From the NCBI GenBank assembly GCA_012862495.1, contig BLSG01000216.1, forward strand, positions 585,796-649,795: a stretch of DNA of 64,000 nt, given 5' to 3'. This document shows positions 12,496-23,225 of the stretch, one piece after another. The notes below the pieces were generated by a model. The model did not search any database. It had not been told where the DNA came from and saw only the letters and a program-made list of their open reading frames with translations. The position numbers were made by a program, and so were the translations under genes. The stretch's first letter is position 1, and the number at the start of each line of letters is the position of its first letter. Origin of the DNA: Thraustochytrium aureum (lineage: Eukaryota).

Positions 12496-14245
12496 CTAGG
12501 AGAACGCATAGGCGTGCGAAGTGGCGCTGAGCGCCAATCGCCGAACGTTCTCAAAAATGCTGTCCCGCTCCTCCTTCTTCTGGACCTCGAGCTTCTGCAA
12601 GTTGCCCTCCATGGAGCTCACGTTGGAGGCAATCGCATTGCGCAGCGCAATGACAAGCTGCAGCTGCACTTCCACGATCTGGTTGCTCTGCTGCACAATG
12701 GCCATATTCTCCCGAATCTTGCTTGACGCGTGCATGTTGTTGGCAAAGTCGCCAATGTTGCCAAATGCCGCGCCGGCGAGGAGCGTGCCCCCAAAGTTGG
12801 CCCCGCGTAGTTGAGGCATCGGCGTCTTCCCGATCTGCATCGCAAGGCTCGGGTATCGCTGGCGCGCCTCGTGCGGAAACATTCCCCACGCCTGCTCAAT
12901 GAGCACGTACGCTTGGGAGGCAGGTTGCTGTGCCTCATTGATAAGCCTATCACGTCGGTATTGGTTGGCTGTCTCGAAAAAGTCCGGTCCACGGTCCCCA
13001 GCGTCGAAGACGTTGACAACCTGCGCAGTCTGGTTGGATTGCGCCGCCTGCTGGAGCATCTGGAGGGAGCGCTGGTACAGCCCTTGCGCTTGGCGCACAG
13101 CTGAGATGACAGAGTCCACCTGAGAGAGCAGCGCTTTCTCGGAGCTGAGCGCCTGGACTTGGCCCTGGATGTTGGAGTTGATTTGGTTGAGCCGAGGCGT
13201 CGGCGGAGTGCTGGCGATGGCCTGCTCGTACATCTTTTGCCGCTTCGAGCGAAGCTGGTCCTTGCGCTGCTGGGTCTGCTCGAGCGACTGCAGCGTGGCA
13301 GTTGCCTGTTTGAGCTCGTTCTCCGCGCTGTGACGCTCTGCGGTCCACCTCTCCTGGGCAGCCTTCACCTGCTCGAGCTGGCCTTCTAGCTTCTTCACCT
13401 TCTCTTCCCGCCCAATCTGCAAGTAGTGTAGGAACCGCGGGTGTGCGTTGCGTTGGAGCCGCTTCTCCAGGCGGGGCTGATCGTTGCGCGCTTTCGCCAG
13501 GCGATTCTCGCGGTCCCTGATCGTGTCCTGGAGCTTGCCGATCGCAGCTCTGGCCCGCTGAATGTCGCTCTCGATTGTCGAGAGGGCTTCGATGCGCTGC
13601 ACAGTATCCGCATAATCCGAGAAAAACGCGGCGTTGACTCCCCCGCTCACGCTCGCACTCGGACCATACCCGTTGGTGGCCTGTCCGTATGAGCTCGGGA
13701 GGGCCATGGCCGAAGCCGCTGCAGGGGCGGCGTAGCCCGTCGCAGGCGCGGCGTAGGTCGTCGCAGTCGCGGTAGCCGTTGCGACGGCTGCGGTGTCCCA
13801 CGTCGACGTCCCGCCGCTCCCGCCGCCCCAGCCCTTGGCATTATCTCCGCCCCATCCAGCGCTGGTTGCTGGCGTCGCCGCGACGGCAGTCGCAGTCACC
13901 GCCGTCGCTCCCCAGCTGCCATTATTCGCGGCGCCGTACTGAACAGTTGCAGCCGCGACCGGCACGTCGCCGTAGAGCTGCGCTGCCGGAGGCGGCGCGC
14001 TAGGTGCGCTGGCTCCGTACGCTTGCTGCAGCANNNNNNNNNNNNNNNNNNNNNNNNNNNNNNNNNNNNNNNNNNNNNNNNNNNNNNNNNNNNNNNNNNN
14101 NNNNNNNNNNNNNNNNNNNNNNNNNNNNNNNNNNNNNNNNNNNNNNNNNNNNNNNNNNNNNNNNNNNNNNNNNNNNNNNNNNNNNNNNNNNNNNNNNNNC
14201 TTGCTGCAGCAGCAGCTTGCCCGAGTCCCCGTGAGAGCCCGACAT
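12496..14245 (-). CDS. Hypothetical coiled-coil protein with an Ala/Thr/Gly-rich low-complexity N-terminus (gap near the 5' end)
   Basis: 489-aa open frame with coding-like codon usage and heptad-rich helices; probable ATG at 14245. Confidence 0.7.
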
Positions 14246-14377
14246 CACGCTCCGCGCGCCGCCCGCGTCCGCGCCGCCCGTGCCCCCTTATCTTGCCGCT
14301 TTGCTGATGCGCTCCTCGTTGTCAAGCAGACTGGAGGAGACATGGAAAAAGGACAGAGGAATGGACCAGGGGAGGAC

Positions 14378-14477
14378 CCCAAATCTTCAGCAAGCAACGG
14401 CGCCGTCGCCAAGACCTTGTTCGCCCAAATCTTTCAGCAAGCAACACGGCGGCGCCGTCGGTAAGACCTTGTTCACC
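14378..14477. repeat. Imperfect ~50-bp tandem duplication
   Basis: CCCAAATCTT(T)CAGCAAGCAAC..CGGCGCCGTCG..AAGACCTTGTTC occurs twice in tandem. Confidence 0.85.
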
Positions 14478-15040
14478 TTGTCGGGAGATGGCGGCTGGAG
14501 CCAGCGAGCAGCTGCCGCTGTTGGATTTCTGGCTGCCGCTGTTTGGCTGCTCAATTGCACTTAGCAGTCACGTTGCCTACCTACGCGTGATTTTTCGTGG
14601 AACACTGCAGACTTGCCGAACAGTCTCGGCGCTTGGTCATCAGCAACATGAGAAGGACTCGCGACGGCCCGTAAGGCGCCGGGCTGAGTGCGCCACCGTG
14701 GTCGATGCTCCAGGTCGCAGCAGTAGCAGTTCGCGCTCGCCGATCGGCAGGCGCTGCAAGGCGAGTCACGGCGTTTCGAAATAGCTAGCTCAAGAGGGCG
14801 TTGTCATCGAGTGGGTTGAAATTGCTTGTCGAGCGTTGTCATCGTGCTCCTGGAGCTGGTCTACGAACTATCAACCGGCGCGACGGCCGAGCTATGCAGC
14901 ACTAGGACACGGCGCAGCTGCTCCTTCCAAATCATCAACGTGAATCAGCCGACGCATGCCGTAGGGCCTGGCCGCCAATACTGTTGCGCGGAGCCGTCCG
15001 TCGTCAGGCTGGCCAGACGTTGGGTGGTCGACGTCGAGCT

Positions 15041-15184
15041 CTACTTCTTTTTCTTCGGCTTGGTCTCCTTCTTTGGCGCGTCCGGCTTTTTGGCCGCAGC
15101 AGCTGCTGCAGGCTTCTTGGCCTCCTTCTTCGGCACCTTGGCCGCCGCCTGGCTGAGTTGCCGGATGAGCCTGAGGTGAATCAT
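15041..15184 (-). CDS. Candidate 47-aa Lys/Ala/Pro-rich microprotein
   Basis: MIHLRLIRQLSQAAAKVPKKEAKKPAAAAAAKKPDAPKKETKPKKKK*, with an ACC-ATG context and Lys mostly encoded by AAG. Confidence 0.55.
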   Translation of the reverse strand: MIHLRLIRQLSQAAAKVPKKEAKKPAAAAAAKKPDAPKKETKPKKKK

Positions 15185-15723
15185 GGTTGCAGCTCTCTCG
15201 TTCGGGGTCTGTCGCGGCAATGTCGTGGTGGCGAGCTCGCAGGGTGGTTTGCAGGGACGACAAGGTGGCAACACTTCGGGGTGCATGTGTCGCGCGAATT
15301 CGAGCTGGCATGACCAACAGCGACCAGCCTCTGCAACTACGCCGCATGTGGTGCTGCTGCTTGGGATCGAAGGGAGGCCAGAGATTGGCGCCACCGAGCA
15401 TTCGCGAGCAACACCCCAGCCCAGTCGCATTTTATGCAAGAAAAAGTTCTACTTAGTAGGTAGCGGCGACTTGGCCTCGTCGCAGCGCAGACCCAAACCC
15501 CGCGCGAGAGCGACAGGTCGTCCTTGGGGTGCAGGGCAGGGATGCGTGGCGCCGTGAGCGTGCTTTACCGTTTTCGTTGAGTTCAGGCCGACTTTCAATT
15601 GAGCTGGTCTGTGTCGCGCCGCAGGAGGCAACCTTCACTCGAGCTTGGGTACGCGGCGCCGACGAGCAGAGCACCACAGCGAACGCGCAGGTTGTGTGCT
15701 GGAGATACAAAGCGGCACCGGCA

Positions 15724-17168
15724 ATGGTATCGTTGAGCAAGGTTGCTGTGGCAGTCGCGCTGCTCGCGGCGACAGCGGCCGCCCTCGTTCGGCTTCTTGG
15801 CAACATTCCCTCTGGGCACAACCTCCAGTGCCACGTGCTGGGCAAGGGGTGCCCCAAGTGGCAGTGGACCGGGCTGGTCAAACCCGGCTGGGAGGCCATC
15901 CTCGACCCGGTGCGAATCAACTTTGAGCGTGGCAACGAGCTCGGGAGCCACTTGACTGTTTACCACCATGGAAAGCTCGTTGTCGATGTCGCCACAGGCG
16001 TTTTGGACCGCGGATCGGACGCGCCGTATCCGGCCGACGCAGCCCAAATGGTCTACAGCTCGACCAAGGTGATCACATCGATAGTTGTTGCGATGCTCGT
16101 CGACCGCGGCCTGCTCGACCTCGAGGCGCCGATAGCTGCGTACTGGCCGGCCTTTGCCCAAGGCAACAAGAGCGAAGTGACCGTGGCCGACCTCATGATG
16201 CATGGCGGGGGCGTTCCTCGGTTCTCAGAGCCCGCGCCCAAGCACATCGTTAAGGCGCAAGGACAGCAGCTCCGTGAAATACTGGAGCGTACAGAGCTCG
16301 ACCCCCGGCTTTGGCGGCGGACCGGAGAAATCGGCTACCACGCAATCTCGCGCGGCTTCTTCGTGAACGAGCTCTGCAAAATCGTCGATCCAAAGGGGCG
16401 GTCTGTCAGCGAATTCGCGGTCGAAGAGATCTTTGCCCCTCTGGGCTTTGGAAATGATTTCGTGATTGGATTGCGGGACGACCATCCTTTGACAGCGAAG
16501 GTGTTGCCCTTGGTCACGATGCAGCCGTACAAGGAGGTCTTCGGCTTGCTTCCCATGCTCTTCATGCCGCGCTCGACTTGGCGCTCCTTGCTAGACGCCC
16601 CAACACTCACAGAGGAAGAGATTACGACGTACCGCAACGTGAATGTAGAAGGCACTGTATCCAACGCAGTGGCTTCGAACGTTGTTCAAGACTTGCTTGG
16701 CGTGCCGGCGCCCATGGCATCGCCAGAATGGCGCTGGCTACCGAGCCCTTCCACGCATGGGTTCACGCGTGCAGCAGCACTCGCTCGGGTGGCAAATGTT
16801 CTCGCGATGGGTGGCACTGATCCTGAAACGGACTCAAGATCTTGTCCAAGGAGATCCTAGAGCGTGTTTCCAAGCCGATCGGTCCCTTCTATGACGTGTT
16901 TTTCAACCTGCACCGCAACGTGACATTGGTCGGGTTTGGGGACGTTTTGGAGATTGCTCAGCGAGCGCCGTGGTTTGACGAGCGGATTTTCGATGGCGCT
17001 CGAGGTGCGTGCACCGGTTGGGTTGGGGCGGGTGGTTCAATGATCAACTTTTGCCCAGAAGACGAGTTGGCATTCGCGTACACGATGAACCTCTTTTCGG
17101 CGCACATTGTCGACTGGCGAGCCCCCAGCTACCTCGCCCAAGCGCTCAACATTGCTCGAGGTGTTTAG
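15724..17168 (+). CDS. Beta-lactamase/serine hydrolase family protein with an N-terminal signal or anchor; frameshift at about 16830
   Basis: SxxK motif (YSSTK), LVDRGLLDL..PIA.YWP.F, TVADLMMHGGG, GYHA, C-terminal GW.GAGGS. Confidence 0.9.
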
Positions 17169-17336
17169 ATGTCGACATTTGCGAAAGCACTGCAAGGCGC
17201 TCCCGCTGGCGGAGCGGCCTGCCAATCGCCATCAAGCCAGCCGCGAGGTCCGCCAGCACGAACCACCTTTCGCAAAAGTAGGTCTTTGATAGTCCTGTTG
17301 GGTAGCAGCCAACAGCGCTTGGTCTGGCGATTGGCG

Positions 17337-18499
17337 CTAGCTCTTGGGCTCTCGGTCGGGCCGNNNNNNNNNNNNNNNNNNNNNNNNNNNNNNNNNNNNN
17401 NNNNNNNNNNNNNNNNNNNNNNNNNNNNNNNNNNNNNNNNNNNNNNNNNNNNNNNNNNNNNNNNNNNNNNNNNNNNNNNNNNNNNNNNNNNNNNNNNNNN
17501 NNNNNNNNNNNNNNNNNNNNNNNNNNNNNNNNNNNNNNNNNNNNNNNNNNNNNNNNNNNNNNNNNNNNNNNNNNNNNNNNNNNNNNNNNNNNNNNNNNNN
17601 NNNNNNNNNNNNNNNNNNNNNNNNNNNNNNNNNNNNNNNNNNNNNNNNNNNNNNNNNNNNNNNNNNNNNNNNNNNNNNNNNNNNNNNNNNNNNNNNNNNN
17701 NNNNNNNNNNNNNNNNNNNNNNNNNNNNNNNNNNNNNNNNNNNNNNNNNNNNNNNNNNNNNNNNNNNNNNNNNNNNNNNNNNNNNNNNNNNNNNNNNNNN
17801 NNNNNNNNNNNNNNNNNNNNNNNNNNNNNNNNNNNNNNNNNNNNNNNNNNNNNNNNNNNNNNNNNNNNNNNNNNNNNNNNNNNNNNNNNNNNNNNNNNNN
17901 NNNNNNNNNNNNNNNNNNNNNNNNNNNNNNNNNNNNNNNNNNNNNNNNNNNNNNNNNNNNNNNNNNNNNNNNNNNNNNNNNNNNNNNNNNNNNNNNNNNN
18001 NNNNNNNNNNNNNNNNNNNNNNNNNNNNNNNNNNNNNNNNNNNNNNNNNNNNNNNNNNNNNNNNNNNNNNNNNNNNNNNNNNNNNNNNNNNNNCAGCGCT
18101 CTCGTAGCCCATCATCGGCTTCTTGGTCTCCTTGATCGGCATCTCTCTTCTGCTCGGTGTCTGTCTGAAGATGCTTTGCTGCTCTACTTGCTTTGGTGGC
18201 GCTCTGCTCTTCGATCTCGTTCGGGGTCTGCCAGGAAACGAGGTCGCGCTCGACCGCCATGGATTTGCCAAGCAAGCTCCGAGCCAGATCACGGTGAGTG
18301 TCGGCACTCTACTAACTGGCGCCGAAGTTCACGCCGACGTTTACTTCAGAACAGCTCGCGCCAGGCTTGCACCAGGCTCGCGCCAGCACATATTGCTCTG
18401 CCGTGACTCGAGGCAGAACGAGAGCCACCCTTCCGAGAGCCACTCGGCCTCCTTGCCAGCTCCGAGCAGGCCCGCACATACCGGCTCTGCGAGAAGCAT
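17337..18499 (-). CDS. Possible hypothetical gene spanning the 17364-18093 gap
   Basis: The minus frame reads MAVERDLVSWQTPNEIEEQ..DQEADDGLRER into the gap and RPDREPKS* (AGCTAG) after it. The exon structure is uncertain. Confidence 0.3.
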
Positions 18500-19613
18500 G
18501 CCCACGCCCAAGGGAGGCCAGAGAGTGAAGCGACGAGACTTGAGGGAAGCGGAATGCAACGCCGACCAGGCCCCAGAGTTCGGTAACTTTCAATACTGTT
18601 GGCTGACATGTGCCGCACTGCCGACTTGCAACCAGCCTTTGTGCTTCACGATGCGAGAGCTGCGCAGCCAGCCTCGGCACCAGGCTTTGCACCGGCGGCC
18701 GTGCAGCAAGCCAGCCTCGTTGAGCCAGCCNNNNNNNNNNNNNNNNNNNNNNNNNNNNNNNNNNNNNNNNNNNNNNNNNNNNNNNNNNNNNNNNNNNNNN
18801 NNNNNNNNNNNNNNNNNNNNNNNNNNNNNNNNNNNNNNNNNNNNNNNNNNNNNNNNNNNNNNNNNNNNNNNNNNNNNNNNNNNNNNNNNNNNNNNNNNNN
18901 NNNNNNNNNNNNNNNNNNNNNNNNNNNNNNNNNNNNNNNNNNNNNNNNNNNNNNNNNNNNNNNNNNNNNNNNNNNNNNNNNNNNNNNNNNNNNNNNNNNN
19001 NNNNNNNNNNNNNNNNNNNNNNNNNNNNNNNNNNNNNNNNNNNNNNNNNNNNNNNNNNNNNNNNNNNNNNNNNNNNNNNNNNNNNNNNNNNNNNNNNNNN
19101 NNNNNNNNNNNNNNNNNNNNNNNNNNNNNNNNNNNNNNNNNNNNNNNNNNNNNNNNNNNNNNNNNNNNNNNNNNNNNNNNNNNNNNNNNNNNNNNNNNNN
19201 NNNNNNNNNNNNNNNNNNNNNNNNNNNNNNNNNNNNNNNNNNNNNNNNNNNNNNNNNNNNNNNNNNNNNNNNNNNNNNNNNNNNNNNNNNNNNNNNNNNN
19301 NNNNNNNNNNNNNNNNNNNNNNNNNNNNNNNNNNNNNNNNNNNNNNNNNNNNNNNNNNNNNNNNNNNNNNNNNNNNNNNNNNNNNNNNNNNNNNNNNNNN
19401 NNNNNNNNNNNNNNNNNNNNNNNNNNNNNNNNNNNNNNNNNNNNNNNNNNNNNNNNNNNNNNNNNNNNNNNNNNNNNNNNNNNNNNNNNNNNNNNNNNNN
19501 NNNNNNNNNNNNNNNNNNNNNNNNNNNNNNNNNNNNNNNNNNNNNNNNNNNNNNNNNNNNNNNNNNNNNNNNNNNNNNNNNNNNNNNNNNNNNNNNNNNN
19601 NNNNNNNNNNNNN

Positions 19614-20251
19614 AAAGCGAAAGCATCAGCAAAGTGCACGCTGTCCTGGACTATGACGTCGACACCGACTGCTTCATGATGTCCGTCAAGGGCAAGAACG
19701 GCGTGACGGTAAACAAAATCTTGTACGCCAATCAGGACGCCGCGCCGATCGCGCTGCCGAGCAAGGCGGCCATCAAGATCGGCCCCATCTGCTTTTACTT
19801 TCTGAGGGCGACGTTCGAGAAACCCAAGCTCTCCTACGCGGAGCTTGCGATAAAGGTGTTCGAGGAGATCGGGCCGGGCCTGCCACTTGGCACCAAGGAG
19901 CTTTGCGACGTGCTCGAAAAAAAGTTTCGCTATTTTGAGTCGCTGCGCGAGGTGGGCCGGATCACCACGCTCAACTCTAGCCTGCAGCAAGCGCTCCGGC
20001 GCAGCGGCCAGTTCCTCCGGGCTGGCATGCTCAAAGGCAAGAGCGACAAGAATCGCGTGTGCTACGTCCTCTCTAACGACACCTCTGCGCTGGGGGAGGA
20101 GGCACGCAAGGCCAAGGAGGCCAAGACCGACCCGGACGAGCTGTTTGGCTTGGAAGCCATCCACCAAAAGCTGTTCGACGTCTACAAGATCCCGCTTCCG
20201 CCGCCTGAGAAGGCGGCGGGGTCTTCTCAGGCGGCGGGGTCCAGCAGCTAG
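19614..20251 (+). CDS. FHA domain plus divergent forkhead/winged-helix-like protein (5' end in gap)
   Basis: FHA C-terminal half ISKVHAVLDY..F.MSVKGKNGVTVN..IKIG..FYFL, followed by KPKLSYAELA..LGTKELC..KKFRYF..SSLQQALRRSGQF. Confidence 0.75.
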
Positions 20252-20500
20252 TTGCACGGCCGCCTGTGCCCCGCACGGCGCCGATGGCACTTCTCTCGCT
20301 CGAGCGAGAGCTAGAGGGGAACTTCGGGACTTCGCCTGCGGACGGGCATACTCGGCACGATCACTCGCCGCGATTCCTCGCATGTCAACAATTTCATTCC
20401 TTCCTTCCATTTCCCAGGTCCTGGTCGCTCGTTCCGGCATTGCCGCCATGGGAGCCCGCCCCGAGGAAAGGAGCAGCCCTGCCAAACCGAGGACCTCCCT

Positions 20501-20562
20501 CTCTCTAGCTCTAGCTAGAGAGCTCTCTGTAGCTATAGACGTAGACTAGCTCTAGCTGGAGA
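20501..20562. terminator. CTAG/AGCT-rich palindromic element between convergent genes
   Basis: CTCTAGCTAGAG at 20509-20520 plus further CTAGCT units. Function inferred. Confidence 0.4.
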
Positions 20563-20584
20563 GAACGACCGCAATGCTTTGGCC

Positions 20585-21799
20585 TTACAGAAACGAAAGG
20601 CCAACACCAGAGCCAATCGCCCTGTCAGCCTCCACGTTTACGGCCTCGGCGGCCGGTGAGGTTGTGGCCCCGCGCGCGAAATTGCCAGTTGAGCTCACGG
20701 CCACTCTTCGACGCATCAGGTCGATGCGGCGAGCGTTGCGCATCTTTGCTTTCCGGTTCTCCAAGACAAACCTCCGGAGGTTGATTCCATAGCCAAAACC
20801 TTGCGAAAGCGCCCAGGTGGCGGCCCAAATGACTGCGAACAGCCACGCCCAGTGGATCCGCGTACGGAACTCGACAGCAAAGAGGAACTGGAACTGGTTC
20901 GGCAGACCCGTAACGTTTATTGTTGCAAAACTGGCCCCGCAGCCCTGGAGCGCTGCGATGGGTGGGCCGACCAGGTTGATAGTCTGTCCGCGCGACAGGC
21001 CGAGGCAGAATTCATTGCTAAGCGAATTCAGCCCAGAAACAAACTGGGTTTCGTCAAAATAGCATGAACACATGCCAGGTTCCCACTCCTCGTACGGGCA
21101 GGTTGTTGCGGTCACGTCGGCGCAATTCGGAATGTCGAAAAGCGCCCACCCTCGGTCTACGCAGCACCGCTGAAATACGATGAGCGTGGCGTCGTTGATT
21201 TTGACGAGCATTTTCCCGCCCTGAGGATTCTGCAGCGAACCTGTCAACCCAACATTCTGAAGCGCTTGGTTGAAGATCCCGATCACTGACAGTGAGTAGA
21301 AGATCGCTGCAAAGTTGGAGATTGCGAAAAACGCAAGGAGCAAGTTGCTCAAACGAGCCCGCGCCTTCGTTTCCTCCAGACGCTCGCGCTTTGTGAGAAA
21401 CACCGAGACGACAACAATGTAGATCCCGTTGCTGATAACCGGCGCGAAGAGCGCAGCGTCCATGGCGACAATCTCGGACTTGTCAAGGGACTTGATGCTG
21501 AAGAAGTCGATGAGCAGAAAGATCGACACCACCAACATCCCCAGCGAGAAAATCAGCGCCTGAACAGCCAACGTGTCGACGAACGCCTGAAACAACCACG
21601 CCCGCTTTGCAGGCCGCAGACAGCATCCGCAGCAGCAACAAGAGGCTAGAAGGTTGCACCTGGGTGCGGCCCCCCTTCCCCTAGGGGGCTCGCCCCACCT
21701 TCCATCCGGCGTTCTATCGCGCGGCGCGCCCTTTTCCGNGCGCAGCAACGCGCTGCTGGCCCCGACCAACTCCACGCCCTCCTCGTCAGCCTGCGCCAT
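20585..21799 (-). CDS. Four-TM membrane protein with a Cys-rich large loop (tetraspanin-like topology)
   Basis: Three hydrophobic segments, a long loop with FQRCC and several more Cys, a fourth TM segment and a basic tail. Confidence 0.6.
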   Translation of the reverse strand: MAQADEEGVELVGASSALLRXEKGAPRDRTPDGRWGEPPRGRGAAPRCNLLASCCCCGCCLRPAKRAWLFQAFVDTLAVQALIFSLGMLVVSIFLLIDFFSIKSLDKSEIVAMDAALFAPVISNGIYIVVVSVFLTKRERLEETKARARLSNLLLAFFAISNFAAIFYSLSVIGIFNQALQNVGLTGSLQNPQGGKMLVKINDATLIVFQRCCVDRGWALFDIPNCADVTATTCPYEEWEPGMCSCYFDETQFVSGLNSLSNEFCLGLSRGQTINLVGPPIAALQGCGASFATINVTGLPNQFQFLFAVEFRTRIHWAWLFAVIWAATWALSQGFGYGINLRRFVLENRKAKMRNARRIDLMRRRVAVSSTGNFARGATTSPAAEAVNVEADRAIGSGVGLSFL

Positions 21800-22082
21800 G
21801 CCCCGCCACCTCCTTCCGCGCAGGCGCGGGCAAAAGGAGAGCAGCGAAATGCACTGGCTCCCGGGCTCACGAGCCACCAGGCGGGCCTGACGCCCTGGCG
21901 GCCGAGCGCGGCGTTCGGCTCCCTGGTCTGCTGCACTTCTGCGGTGTGATCAGGGGCCCTGATCCTGACCGCTGTCGTTGCTTCCTCGGCAGATCCCTCG
22001 CGGCGTCGAGCTCGAGCGGACGGCGCGCGAGGAGTGGGCGGCGGGCGACTCGGGTCGAGGTTGGAAAGCGCGGCCTGCCTGT

Positions 22083-22928
22083 ATGGGGAGCTCTGCTGCG
22101 GTGGCGGACGCCACGTACAAGATCGTTCTCGTGGGCGACTCGGGCGTTGGCAAGACCAACCTCCTCGCTAGCTTCGTTGCTCGGAACGAGAGGCGCCGCG
22201 CGGGGCTGGCGGAGGAGGCCGACGAGGGCAGCGGGGCGCACAGCAAGCTAGCTGGCGGGTACTCGGAGCGGCACCAGCCCACGATCGGGTGCGAGTTCTA
22301 CTCGACGACAATAACGCGTAAGTTTCAGTTCGCTGCGCCTCTGCGCGGCCGACCTGCGCTGCGGCCACGAACCTGACCCCAAATACGGCGCACGTTAGAC
22401 CCGACGGACGGGTCGCGGATCAACTTGCAGATATGGGACACGGCTGGCCAGGAAAGGTACCGAGCCATCACGCCTGGGCACTATAGAAGAGCAGCAGGCG
22501 CCCTGCTCGTCTACGACATCACCCAAAGGCGCTCGCTAGCGTCAGCGACGGGCAGCTGGTTCAGCGAGCTAGCAGATTGGCCCCTCAGCGAATGCCTCTG
22601 CCTCGTGGGGAATAAGACGGACCTTTTCCGTCCAGGAGACGAGCAACACGTGACCCAGGAGGAGCACGATCAGGCCGCTCGCGCGGTAATGGCGTGCAGC
22701 TCCAGCCGGGCGTCAGCCAAGACTGGCCAAAATGTGCATGACACGTTCATGCGTCTCGTGTACCAGATCCACGAAGCGAGCAAGCGTGACGCTGCGAATG
22801 GCCGGGAAGACGGCGGCGGCGGCGGCGGCGGCGGCGCGTACAACAGGCACGTTTCCCTCGACTACCTGAAGCGCGCGCTTGACGGTGGTGACCCATCGAC
22901 GCCGTCCGACAAGTGCCAGTGCGGATGA
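22083..22928 (+). CDS. Divergent Rab GTPase (Rab11-related motifs), intron 22318-22398
   Basis: GDSGVGKT, PTIGCEF, WDTAGQERYRAIT, GNKTD, SAK and C-terminal CQCG. A GTAAGT...TAG intron restores the frame. Confidence 0.92.
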
Positions 22929-23225
22929 AGGCCCGGTTAAAGGCCGCTCTGCCCTAGGGCGGGCATTTCAGCAGCTGGGGTGGCCGGCTGCGTGACTGTT
23001 CAATTTATCTTGTAATCCCCTTCTACCGAGCGCTTCGCTTTCGCGCTCCCATCGTCCTTCGGGCCGTGGACAGAAGTAGCAGTAGTAGGCCGGCCTTTTG
23101 AGGCCAGGCGCAATCCGATCATGAAAACAGACCCGCATCTACAGGCTGGAAGGCACACTTCGCTCCCCCAAGCTGCCTTGGATATTGGCAGCACACAGGC
23201 TCTGGGCAACAACGATCAACACAGC

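Noticed and set aside
15724..17168. Antibiotic-resistance gene or bacterial contamination
   Set aside because: The motifs fit the widespread esterase-like beta-lactamase-related family. The gene sits among intron-containing eukaryotic genes with similar composition.
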